Of a stretch of 64,000 nt of DNA, positions 15,824 to 26,045 are shown one piece after another. The stretch spans positions 8,804,001-8,868,000 of the forward strand of contig CM022670.1 of assembly GCA_012295275.1 (NCBI GenBank), written 5' to 3'. Within the stretch, counting starts at the first letter, position 1. Each line of letters opens with the position of its first letter. A program made the translations under genes and the position numbers. Source of the DNA: Chrysomallon squamiferum (lineage: Eukaryota; Animalia; Mollusca). Below the pieces are notes generated by a model. The model saw nothing but the letters and a program-made list of their open reading frames with translations, had not been told where the DNA came from and did no database searches.

Positions 15824-16105
15824 TTATTAATTCTTGCTGGTGCCTTTTTCAATATAAAATATAAAACTACAATTTACAATAACATATTTTATAAACTGTG
15901 GTTAAAATACTAACATTAATGAAAACTCATTCACTGAGTGAATTGTTAAATTATCAGCTGTTACCTTGTTTGGAGAGATGTTGAGTTGACTTTTGAGAAG
16001 CTGTTTGAACTCGCCTAGTTCCAAACATCCTGTGCGGTTAACATCTGCCAGCTGAAACGCTCTCTTCAGTTCTTCTAGTGTGTCGATGTTTATCTTCTCT
16101 TCTAT
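1651..16105 (-). CDS. WDR49: EF-hand + WD40-repeat protein, WDR49/CFAP337 (WDY/EFCAB8-like family); 24 common coding exons, 2904 nt = 967 aa plus a variable first exon
   Basis: Hand-spliced; all introns GT-AG and phases consistent. Exons: 16105-15965, 15594-15361, 14905-14846, 14639-14551, 13985-13893, 13579-13487, 12937-12817, 12410-12341, 11636-11436, 10659-10617, 10105-10000, 9659-9508, 8888-8786, 7605-7499, 6982-6903, 6729-6675, 6230-6119, 5524-5362, 4723-4572, 3964-3820, 3419-3291, 2985-2804, 2521-2406, 1807-1651. N-terminal EF-hand pair (FQLADVNRTGCLELGEF; FMKIDWSSEGSITWDEF) then WD repeats (TGGMDRIIRLWN, GHNAPI, TGGRDGILRIWN, GHVSSVT..GSVDCTVRIW). The symbol is by family recognition; the paralog assignment is not certain. 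Confidence 0.85.
2406..2521 (-). CDS. WDR49: WDR49-like exon
   Basis: DGHSPTPIIIPFKKQQVFIDDETIAKQLKEKPKNGMGK; phase 0/2. Confidence 0.8.
2804..2985 (-). CDS. WDR49: WDR49-like exon
   Basis: GTFGQPEPWDIYNPSTYQHPMVPYDVLIDPLSLP...SDDED; phase 1/0. Confidence 0.85.
3291..3419 (-). CDS. WDR49: WDR49-like exon
   Basis: LVSWRGHVSSVTCLELVEDFNVMLTGSVDCTVRIWTTEGQYI; phase 1/1. Confidence 0.87.
3820..3964 (-). CDS. WDR49: WDR49-like exon
   Basis: SKMEGAMVSTMVISKNDTELYTGDSLGFINVWNMEGY...; phase 0/1. Confidence 0.85.
4572..4723 (-). CDS. WDR49: WDR49-like exon
   Basis: DGDLSINALVFLQSRAYNKDAASLIASGPRAHIHLWNVFQGG...; phase 1/0. Confidence 0.85.
5362..5524 (-). CDS. WDR49: WDR49-like exon
   Basis: NNGHKEDILAVAQCLPNLLATASYDGEIIVWNMVSG...; phase 0/1. 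Confidence 0.85.
6119..6230 (-). CDS. WDR49: WDR49-like exon
   Basis: YVVAVGWDRRINIYYDSNSDSNIHHVQHPVPYWHDDL; phase 2/0. Confidence 0.85.
6675..6729 (-). CDS. WDR49: WDR49-like exon
   Basis: EEGHEEICDVTYIEMNRN; phase 1/2. Confidence 0.8.
6903..6982 (-). CDS. WDR49: WDR49-like exon
   Basis: LITGGRDGILRIWNYNNGHCLRILQK; phase 2/1. Confidence 0.85.
7499..7605 (-). CDS. WDR49: WDR49-like exon
   Basis: VIKLWDFETGTAIFEYGDAHGDTAITSMSFDTTGR; phase 0/2. Confidence 0.85.
8786..8888 (-). CDS. WDR49: WDR49-like exon
   Basis: PVLHADIVITHKEPVTCCKYNPSFKQVVTASDGS; phase 2/0. Confidence 0.85.
9183..9480. repeat. inverted arrays of a 41-43 bp unit (foldback/MITE-like)
   Basis: 9183-9212 is the exact reverse complement of 9396-9425; about 3 units on the left arm and about 4 on the right. 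Confidence 0.75.
9508..9659 (-). CDS. WDR49: WDR49-like exon
   Basis: VWDIHDHNCLLTLRPKGHKIRGDLQA...; phase 0/2. Confidence 0.85.
10000..10105 (-). CDS. WDR49: WDR49-like exon
   Basis: KPTAMLRGHNAPIFYLFIAEEDDRIFSISTDRCIK; phase 2/0. Confidence 0.85.
10617..10659 (-). CDS. WDR49: WDR49-like exon
   Basis: GMDRIIRLWNPYVS; phase 1/2. Confidence 0.82.
11436..11636 (-). CDS. WDR49: WDR49-like exon
   Basis: GCTIGSTHVEQQLKEVKE...FKVYKGVKCFDFSKEKNMIITG; phase 1/1. Confidence 0.83.
12341..12410 (-). CDS. WDR49: WDR49-like exon
   Basis: IKYYHEIGQVISCSNHAATALVI; phase 0/1. Confidence 0.82.
12817..12937 (-). CDS. WDR49: WDR49-like exon
   Basis: TWKKMPRQDGFIASV...RWQVHGDWVQQ; phase 2/0. Confidence 0.83.
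13487..13579 (-). CDS. WDR49: WDR49-like exon
   Basis: STGYDECLILYGDSQGCINILVIKSTGECLR; phase 2/2. Confidence 0.82.
13761..13918. repeat. 33-bp minisatellite spanning a splice donor
   Basis: Unit AACTGTTACTAACCTGTAATCAAGTTCTAAAGG, about 4.5 copies. Confidence 0.8.
13893..13985 (-). CDS. WDR49: WDR49-like exon
   Basis: DREIQFFELSSFEPYCQISGLETVPLKLDY; phase 2/2; donor lies inside a 33-bp tandem repeat. Confidence 0.82.
14551..14639 (-). CDS. WDR49: WDR49-like exon
   Basis: NADVNTRQKPKWITDFVIMPHFNKFIVGTG; phase 0/2. Confidence 0.82.
14846..14905 (-). CDS. WDR49: WDR49-like exon
   Basis: DGMVSFWSPNADLKRTRTVV; phase 0/0. Confidence 0.82.
15361..15594 (-). CDS. WDR49: WDR49-like exon (EF-hand 2)
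   Basis: EQQIDALFMKIDWSSEGSITWDEFCTYMQLEY...ACSQ; AG/GTCAGT boundaries. Confidence 0.88.
15965..16105 (-). CDS. WDR49: WDR49-like exon (EF-hand 1), first common exon, phase-0 acceptor
   Basis: CAG at 16106-16108; IEEKINIDTLEELKRAFQLADVNRTG...; GT donor at 15963-15964. Confidence 0.85.
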
Positions 16106-16480
16106 CTGTAACACAGAGCAAAACACTTGTTACAGCTGTAACATGGAAAAAAAACATCTGGTACACTGATAACAGAAGAAACAACATTAATTACATTTGT
16201 AACCTAGAACAAGAACATTTGTCACAGCTCTAACATAGAACAACACAATTTATTACATTTGTAACACACAGAACAAAAACATTTATTACAACTGTAACAC
16301 AGAACAAAAACAATTATTACAACTGTAACATAGAACAAAAACAATTATTACAACTGTAACATAGAACAAAAACAATTATTACAACTGTAACATAGAACAA
16401 AAACAATTACAACTTACATAGAATAAAAAATTTTTGATTAGAACCATTTGTTACAATTGTAACAGAACAAAACATTGTTA
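16106..16480. repeat. 31-bp minisatellite derived from a splice acceptor
   Basis: Unit AACTGTAACATAGAACAAAAACAATTATTAC; near-perfect copies at 16290, 16321, 16352, 16383 with degenerate copies either side. Confidence 0.8.
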
Positions 16481-17709
16481 TTAAAAGTAATAGTAATACT
16501 GGTAACAGAAAAACAGTTATTTGAATTTGATTAGATGTAATAAAACAAAATTTGAAACATTCAGTAAATTAATTGATTTGAAATTAAATAAATAAAATAA
16601 ATAAATAAATAAACAAAATAAATAAATAAATAAACAAATAATAAAAACAAAATAAATAAATAAATAAACAAATGGTAAAAAATAAAAAATAAATAAATAA
16701 ATAAACAAAATAAATAAATAAATAAATAAATAAACAAATTGTAAAAAATAAATAAATAATAAAAGAAATAGATATATTTTATCAAACAATTTTAAATTAT
16801 AAAAAATAATAATAACAATAAATTAAATAAAAGATCTTCATATATCCTGGTATACAAGTAGATGATTGTTTACATTTTAGTGCATGGCTAACTTTGTTGT
16901 CCACATATCTACACCCCTTTTTGTATATCTATGACGAAACAAGGTAATTATTTCAGTATCCTCTCCATAAAACATCGAACAAGAAAACAGTTCAGGAATG
17001 ACATTAAATAAATTAAGTATGGCATTTTATTTAATATGTTAATAATTAAATAGATCAAGTATGGTATTTTATTTAATCTGTTAATACTGCATATTGAATT
17101 TAATGTTACTAGGCTTTTAACCTTAAACACAAATATAAGTGATACATGGTTGAATGAAAAAACAACATTTTTGTCATCTGCTATTGAATATCAAAGACTT
17201 GCTGTATCACTCAAGACCATAGAACATTATTCCAATAGCACAATAAGACACTACCTTTTCAATGGCAGCAAAACAGATCAATAACAGGGGATAAACAAAA
17301 TAACCAACAAAAGAAATTATTGCAGTACTGAACAAGTGGTTAGAACAGTTCAAGTGATCTATCAGTTTATGGGTTTTTCCCTTTATAACTGTTCATACAC
17401 ACACTTGTATACTTATTCATACAGATTAAGAAGCATAAATTAATATGACAGTTTCCACTCCATAGCATACAGTCAGTAATCAACGTTTGAATGTTATATT
17501 TAATATCTGTGGTGAATCAGAAGACAGCTATCTTTTGACTTGAAATAGAGTGATATTGAAGATAATAAAAAACCTTTGCTGATACTTCCGAAGTTAAGTA
17601 CTATGTTATGTAAACTGAATAGATGTCAATATATTATAAATTATATCTGGTTAAAATACATCAGAAAAAAGGAGGTAAAAATTAAAATAACTGTAAAGTG
17701 TGTTTCAGG

Positions 17710-18116
17710 GATACTAAAGTTAAAGAATGTTTAACATAACTTAATAAAGCAATTTTTGACATGCTATAATTCAGGAATATTTAACATTAACAGTGTCATT
17801 CAAAAATATTATAACAGCACTTAACATAAGAATATTTAACAGATGAAAAAAGAATATCTGACATTACTAAATACAGGAATATTTAACAGTTCAATTCATG
17901 ACTATTTAAGAATAGTTTAACTTTATTTAACATAGGTATATTTAACAGTTTCCTTCAAGAATATTTTGATGAAACTTAAAATTACTTAACAGGAATATTT
18001 GACAGTTTCATTCAAAAATGTTTTACTGTAGTTTGACTTCGTTTAACATAGGAATGTTTAGCAATTTCAATCAGGTATCTTTCACTTTAACATTACTTAA
18101 CATAGGAATATTAAAC
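17710..18116. repeat. degenerate tandem repeat with core GGAATATTTAACA
   Basis: Core recurs about every 25-35 bp. Confidence 0.55.
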
Positions 18117-18427
18117 ATATATATATATATATATATATAACAGAAAAATAATTAAGAAAACCATTTAATGTATTACTGAAGTTAATGTTATATGTTTAAT
18201 GTATGTATGTATGTATGTGTGTATGTATGTATGTATGTATGTATGTATGTATGTATGTATGTATGTATGTATGTATGTATGTATTTATGTTTGAATGTAT
18301 ATATGTATGTATGTATTTCTGTTTGTATGTGTTTACATATATATATATGTACATGTGTATGTATATCTGTTTGTACACAAATGTCTACAGATAATAAAAA
18401 AGAACACCAGTACAGTAAGAACTCTAC

Positions 18428-18649
18428 CTCTGATGTGTTACTGAATTTGATGCACACATTACTAGACACCTCACTTGCTGGACTGATATTAGATATTACA
18501 GCTGACTGTTTACTGGGAAATGTTTTCTTTCCTTTGTCTATCGCATCCCTCCATATTTTAATCCTTGGATTTCTCTCCAGCTGCATCCCATCACCAGTTA
18601 GAAACATGCCACGTGTTTTCTCAAGTGACCTGTGTTTTTTCTTTTCCAT
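18428..18649 (-). CDS. candidate alternative first coding exon of the WDR49-like gene (74 aa)
   Basis: ATG with an in-frame TAA two codons upstream; open non-repetitive frame MEKKKHRSLEKTRGMFLTG...NTSE; ends GAG|GTAGAG in phase 0, matching the 16105 acceptor. Confidence 0.5.
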
Positions 18650-20169
18650 CGTTTATGTCAGTTCAACTCAGAATTTGTTTTTTAAATTCCAAATTTAGTA
18701 AATAAATATCTTAACACTGTCCACAATTGTCAGTAATATAAATTTAGAACTAATTCAAGAACATTAAAATAGGAAGAAGTAGGGGCCTTAATAGAAAAAC
18801 AAACTAAAATACTTTTTATCCACTGGTTCATTTATCTATTTCTTCTGTTTAAATCTGTATTTGCTTCCCACGCAGTCTGTATACACATATTATATCTTTT
18901 ATAAAGTAAACCTCTCAGAGTTTAAATACAAACTGTTAACTGATTTAAGGTCATCATTTAAAAAAATTATTTTATTCGTTTTTATTTAATTTTGACATGA
19001 TATGTTTATTTGTTTACAAATTATTTACTGACAAAGGAAATAATTAAGTGAAGGTGATCATTTACAAATTTATTTTTTAACTTTTACTTATTTTACTTTT
19101 GGCATGAAATATATATCTATCAAAAATTATTTACTGATTTTAATCAAAACAGAAGATTTATTTACAGTAATACATCATTCAGAGAGACGACTGATATGAA
19201 AAATCCTTTTTGATAAATAATTAAAATTCAAAGTTTCAAAAAATTTCATAGAATTTTACATATCAAATGATGAATAAAATTTCTTTTAATACATATATAA
19301 ATTAAAAAAACAAAAAAGATTTTTAAAAAGGTGAAAGAACCCCCAAAACAGTGATCCTTTTTGAAATAAAATTTATCTATTTATTATTAATAATATTCTT
19401 TTTCTTTTTTGGTACTGAAAATAAATATAAACAGGAGTTTTTCAGATACAAACTACTGAATAATGTGAATATACTAACATAATACTGCTCAGCAAAAAGA
19501 AAAGTATACAACTTAAAAATACATTTTATGCTTTGAAAACAGAAATCAGATACTATTTCTCACTTAAAGCAATAGGATATCATTATTATAAATAAAGTAA
19601 CAAGACATATTCATCAAATAAATAAATATGTTGTTTTCAAAAGATCTAAATTTACTTCAAGTCCAAAATAAAACTTTGAGAAATCTATATTACTGCTACT
19701 ATAATATTCAGCATTTATAAACTTAACTTTAAGGATTTTTCATATTTTCAAAACACTACTGTTTCAAAAGTGTTCCAAATTTACAATCTAAAAAAAAGTA
19801 ACTTCCAAATTCAGATATTCCACAAAAACTTTAAAACTTAAAGAATATTCTAAATGTAAAAAAACTAAACCAAAACCCCAGAAAACCCCCAATTGCTCAT
19901 TTCTTTTTCTAACAAATTACACTGAAAAAGAACACTCCAAAGTAAAATTGTTGTTTTTGTCAGATCTGTTCAAAATATATTAACATAGTCCCAATGAATA
20001 ACAATGGAAAAAACATTATTCCAAACTAAAACCGAAAATACACGTACTTCTTATTTATGGATTTTTCTTCTTCTTCTTTTCTTTCACAATAAATATATAT
20101 TCTTTCTTTTCAAATATTATCAAAATATATATAACATAATCTTAAAGAATTGAAGAGAAAAAAAATAAA

Positions 20170-20381
20170 TGGAAGAATATTCCAAATGTGAAGAAGAAAC
20201 ACAGTTTTTTGGCGGGTGTTTTTCTACTTTTCAAAGCTATTCAAAACATATGCAACAGAATCGTAATGAACTGCAGTGAAAAAGAATATTCCAGAATCAG
20301 CAAAAACACACAGTTTCTTGGTATGTTTTTTTTTTTTTGTAAAATCTATTCAAAACACATATTTCACTGAATCCTAATGAA
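20170..20381. repeat. two degenerate tandem copies of about 110 bp
   Basis: AAGAATATTCCA...AAACACAGTTT...CTATTCAAAACA...GAATC(G/C)TAATGAA occurs twice. Confidence 0.55.
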
Positions 20382-20660
20382 AATCTGATCAATTTTCCTT
20401 GGTTATGAGAATTAAGTCTGAAGTTTGCTGACTCCGTTTCTCAGTAAAATGTTGTTGGATACAATTTGACAGATTATAAATCTATAAACCTATAAAAGAT
20501 TGTAGAGCAATGCTCTTGGGACCTCTTCAGCTCAAGACATGTAATTTATACACAAAGCCATAAAAAACAACAAGAAATACAACCATTACCTTAGACCTAC
20601 TGCCTTCCATTACAGTGTTCCATAATGATTGTGGGCATTCTGGGTAATTATAGTAGTCAG

Positions 20661-20699
<39 letters not shown>

Positions 20700-20830
20700 T
20701 AATGATAATGATAATAACAATGATGATGATGCTGATGAATGAAAATGTTGAAATAATAATAATAATCATGATGATGACAATGATAGTAATGATGATAATA
20801 ATGGAATAACAATAATAATGTTGAAAACAA

Positions 20831-20883
<53 letters not shown>

Positions 20884-21369
20884 GCTACAATCATAATAAA
20901 AACAGTTAAGAAAACAAAATAAATATCTTTGGCAGTTTTATGACTTTAATTAATGTCTTGATATTCTTGCATGAATTCAGCTGCAATTGTTCACACTCAG
21001 GCTGTGTGAAATTGTTTTTCATTAGATTGTGGAATAAAGAACCCAAATTAGTTCTCGGTATTTTTCATCAAGGATCCAATAACAGGCATGAAATGAGTCA
21101 TAGGATGACAGCCACAAATAGACCCCATCTATCAAACTTCAATAGTGTAAGAGAGTAGTTAAACAAAAATTAAAATTTGATTTCAAGGTGTGAATAAAAA
21201 AAAACCCCACTAAAGTGTCTTTTCTTTTTGTTTGTTGCTGGTTTTTATTGGGTTTTTCAATTTGTATAATATATAAAATATAAAAATAATAATTATCTTA
21301 TTTGAAAGAAACAGACAGACAGCCAGACAGAGAGAGAACAAGAGAAAGAAAACAAGCATAGAGGAAAAG

Positions 21370-21482
<113 letters not shown>

Positions 21483-21934
21483 TAAAAGAAGAACATTATT
21501 TTTATTAAGTAATTATACATTTAAAACAAAAACATTATTAAATTTAAAAACATAATTAAAATTACAAGATTATTAAATTTTAAAAAAAACATTTAAAATT
21601 ACACAACTACAGACCATAACCACTTCCACAACAAAATGTCTCAGTTTCTGCAGCATGTAAATATTTGTATTACTTTATTTATTTTGTTAACAGTATAAAC
21701 TCTTGTCATTTACAGCTTGGTTTACAGACACCAATGTGAACAAGATTCTTGTTGCAGCTTGCATAGTTCAAGATAATTAGTTTTAATTTGTTTTGGCTTC
21801 TAAAGTAACAATTCAATTACTGAATTAACAGACCATATAATTAGCAGCTAAAACATAACCAGATTGGCACAGTCATGTTGGCAGAATAGGTATATATTCA
21901 TTTATATATTCAAAAAATCATCTATAAGAAGCCA

Positions 21935-22170
21935 AGAAAGATAAAGTTTTATTTAACTGTGTTCTCAACACATTTTATTTGAATGGACATATGTTTAAGG
22001 ATCATGGTGTACTGACCACATTCAATAGATTGTACTTCAAGTTATATGACTTTGGACATATGTTTAAGGACCACTCAGAATTAGAGAGGAAACCCACTAC
22101 CTCAGTTCATGAGCTACTGGGTTTTATTATCAGCAGCAAGGGATCTTTTAAAATACCATCCCACCACAGA
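21935..22170 (+). mobile_element. decayed copy of a dispersed non-autonomous repeat
   Basis: Motif chain GTTTTATTTAAC..CTCAACACATTTTATTT..GACATATGTTTAAGGACCAC..GAGAGGAAACCC..AGCAGCAAGGGATCTTTTA..ACCATCCCAC, which I recall from gastropod genomes (memory only, not searched); internal repeat TGGACATATGTTTAAGGA x2. Confidence 0.45.
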
Positions 22171-22746
22171 GTGAGTAAACCAAACCCAGATTTGGTCATC
22201 ATCAAGTTTTGTGTTCCAGTGATTTTTTGAAATATGAAAACATAGTTGTTTTATTTTGTTATCTTTCCTGGTTGTTAGGAAAGATTATTCTCCAAAAACA
22301 AAAATACAGATACAGTATATATGGACCATCTCAAGTATAAATAAAATAATAAAATATTTCATAATCTGATTTTCATACAGACAGGTATAAAGTTTTGTGT
22401 AGCTTTTTTTTCTTCTTTTTAAAAAAATTAATATTAATGGACTGAGTTCTGTATTTTATGAAGGTTTAGAAATTAAGGAATAATCAAGAAAGAGACACTT
22501 TATTTGAGAAGAGTGAATAAGGAAACCTGCTAAACAAATCTTTTATAACTGTATGCATATTTTGGAAGACAGGAGTTTAAAATTACATATACTAAAGGGT
22601 TTATCAATAGAATATTTGAAATATAAAGACTTCTTCATGAATCTCCTAATCATTTTTGCTTAAATTTGGACAATAAAATAAATATTTCTATTGCAGAAAA
22701 CAAAAGAGAGAGAGAAACAAAAAATATTTAAATTTCATGTACCTAC

Positions 22747-22860
22747 CAAGAGAGAAAACCTTAAATAATCCCAAATGTCTTTCTTTTCCATACCAAAATT
22801 CTCTCCTGTACTGTCTTCCCATGATTCACCAACCACCTCGTTTTTTACAGATAACTCCAT
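22747..22860 (-). CDS. candidate alternative first coding exon of the WDR49-like gene (38 aa; about 72 aa if the A-run near 22950 is 1 nt short)
   Basis: MELSVKNEVVGESWEDSTGENFGMEKKDIWDYLRFSLL|GTAGGT, phase 0; the frame stays open upstream to about 22952. Confidence 0.35.
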
Positions 22861-24285
22861 TATAGGTTCATCATTGTAAAGTAACTCTTCTGTCAGTGAA
22901 GCGATAAAATGAAACCAACGTTCTCCAGGTGGTGCTTTTATTACAGTTTTTTATTTTTCATTTTTTTGCTTTTATTTTTTTTAAAATAATATTAATAATT
23001 TAAAATAAAATATTAAATTTTAAATCTTATCCTTCAGAAGAAAGAATAATATCCGAATACCTCTGTCTCTCTTATTCAAATCTAATAATACCAGTTTTCT
23101 TTTTTTTTAGATGATATGTAAATATACAGTTTTTGTTTTTTTCTTAAACTTACACAACATTATGTCAATTCCTCTTCTCTAATATACAATTAATGAAATA
23201 ATTAATGTTAGTTTGAATTGATAACAAACGACAGATTTCATGAAATATCCAGCATATTTTTCTTCCCATTTAAAATGTGTGGAGCAGTTAGAAATCAGAT
23301 CTGTTTTGTTTGTCATTTGGATCGCCACGGTGTAGATAGGATAAATTATTTACGTAAAGAATTGGTCACATACAGTTTACCCTAAACTAAAGGAAAAATC
23401 TAATTGTTCAGTATGGATTGCCGTATATATAAAGATAATTGAAGACATTTGACACTAACTGATTTAGATGTATATTTGTCAACATGTCTCACCTGTGTGT
23501 CAGTGTAAAAAATAACTTGTAAAAGTAGCCAAAAATTTGTTTAAAACAGATCAGTAAATATATTTTAAAAAAAGAAAAAAGAAAATCAATAAATAAGTTC
23601 TGGAAAAAAGGTAAATAAATTGAAAAAAGTAGTATTTAAAACAAACAAAAAAGAATGCATATATATTAAATAAATGAATGAATAATGAATGAATGAGTGA
23701 CCGAATGAATGTTTGAATGAAATATTGACAAAATACATAAGTTAAAAAAAAGTGTCAATTAAAATATGTTTTAATAAATATAAATAATTACTAAAAAAAA
23801 AAAAGATTAAAAAAAATGAATGACAAAAAAGAAATAATACAATGACAGTAATAATGATAATTATATCAGTAACAATAAATAATAAATAACAACTAACTAA
23901 AATACTAAATCAAAAAATAGTTAAAAAAATAATAATAAATAGAGAAATAAATTAATTTCCCTACCCATAACTATAACAACATTAAGAATTATGGATTAAC
24001 TCTAAAGTTTTGTAGTCATTATAAATGGTTTCTCTGTATTCTGAATGTCTGTAATTTGAGTCTTAATTCATATATGACTGACTTTACTATCAAGGAGTTT
24101 CTGATAATCTTATTATAAAGCTGAAACGTGCTCTATCTATGTTCACTGGATATACTGTGATCCCCAGGGGCTGAGGAAAGCTAGGCTGAGTATGGCTGGA
24201 AAGCTTAAAAGGAATTTCAAAATTGGAGTTTAAACTTAATGTATTGAGAAAGAAAGAATTGTTTGCATATAGGCTGTGAGCACTC

Positions 24286-24380
24286 TGAAGTTAAAAGCTG
24301 TTCTATTTATCTTTAAATATATTTATTTGTATATGAAGAATACATTTTTTTGAAAGTGAATAGAACAGCTTTTAACTTCA
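24286..24380. repeat. 95-bp hairpin with perfect 22-bp inverted repeat
   Basis: TGAAGTTAAAAGCTGTTCTATT (24286-24307) / AATAGAACAGCTTTTAACTTCA (24359-24380). Confidence 0.8.
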
Positions 24381-24418
24381 CCCTTCTTTGTTTGTATGAG
24401 TGTATATATCTATCTATC

Positions 24419-24484
<66 letters not shown>

Positions 24485-25530
24485 TGGATATAACATACAG
24501 GTTTTGTAGATATTTGTAGGAAAGGGTTGAAGACAAGATTATTATTTCATTTTTTTTTTTTTTATTATTATTTATTCTCGTGGTGCCTCTTCAGTCAAGG
24601 AGGTCACAAAATTCAGTCAGTGGTTGGTAATCAGAAACTTTGAAATATCTTCCCCTGTCAGACATACAGATATATAAGCTGCTATTTCTACTGTTATACT
24701 GATAATTATGATTAACAAAATTTCTACTGTATTTCACTGACTGGATTAAAGGGTGACTGCAGTAAGGTCAGAGAAATTGGTAGACAGCTTTCAGAGGCTA
24801 TTACATTTGTTTGTTTGGAAGGATTCTTGGATAACAGCAGTATATTTCATCATATATACAACAAAATACCTTATTTAAATTACTCTTTTTATCGTTTCTT
24901 TGTATGTGGATATTTACTGGAATATCAGTATATTTGTATTTTTGAGTTGGTTTTTTTGTGTTTGTGATTGTGTCTCACCCTCTCTGTGTGTCAAAACAAT
25001 GTAAGAATAACAGAAGTTAGTTAGATTTGTTAGGTGAAAGAGTTATATAAGAGTGACAAAGTCTGTTACTGCAATTTGCTATTGCTAACTGTTACAGACT
25101 ATCAGTGATGATTTTGAAATTAAAATAAGTAATCAAATATTAACAAATAAAATGTTACCAGTAATGACATGCATTTCACAATTCCAGTAAAAAAAAATTA
25201 TTATTCACTGTAATGCAACTTTAGAATTTGGATTTATAAATCATTTATCACAAGAAAATTATAAATCTCAATTTTAACAGTAATATATATGTGTGTATAT
25301 GTGCATGTATGTATGTGTGTGTGTATGTGATGTGTTTGTTTGTTACCTAATTTATAGAGCAATAAACTTTTACAGAAATCAGATTTGGGTTGTCAATATT
25401 AAATACATAAAATAAAAATAAAATATTTAATCATTTCTTTTATCAACTCTTATATTCTGTGAAATAATTCATTTCAAAGATTAGACAACATCAGATCGCG
25501 GGAGAAGAACACACCACCACCCAGACTCAC

Positions 25531-25743
25531 CAGCTCTTTGTTTTTAACAATCTCAACCTGCCATTCTTTGTCACTTCTCGCCTCACTCTTCACGTCTCTG
25601 ATATCTGTTGCTTCCGTTTGAGACTGTGGAGAAAATGAAATCTTTTCTAACCAAACATTGTGTTTCTCAGCCTTCTTGTATTTCCAGTCGATGGCTCCCA
25701 AATCTTCCACAAAATCAGAATTAAATCCAATATATTTTGCCAT
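25531..25743 (-). CDS. candidate alternative first coding exon of the WDR49-like gene (71 aa)
   Basis: MAKYIGFNSDFVEDLGAIDWKY...VKNKEL|GTGAGT; consensus donor, phase 0. Confidence 0.5.
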
Positions 25744-26031
25744 ATTCAGTGTAACCTTCAAACTATACCGTTGATATAGATTGGGGTTTTTAATGTAAAA
25801 ATAATTTAATCGTTTGTCAAACACACTTTTTTACTTTAACTAAGAGAAGAATTAAAATCCAGTTTTTGCAACTTGGTGAATCCTCATAACTGTCAGTTGT
25901 TCAAACTATCCATTACAAAAACCCCGGCAACATTTTTATCTCATTTAACCAAGTGAAAAATAATTTCCTGACAAAGATGCTTAACAGTAGATCCATCCTT
26001 GTATCTCCAGTAACTAGCTTCATTCATGACT

Positions 26032-26045
26032 GTTGCCATGTCTAC
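26032..26045. promoter_or_regulatory. RFX X-box-like motif GTTGCCATGTCTAC
   Basis: Close match to GTTGCCATGGCAAC, about 290 bp upstream of the 25743 ATG of a cilia-family gene. Confidence 0.4.
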
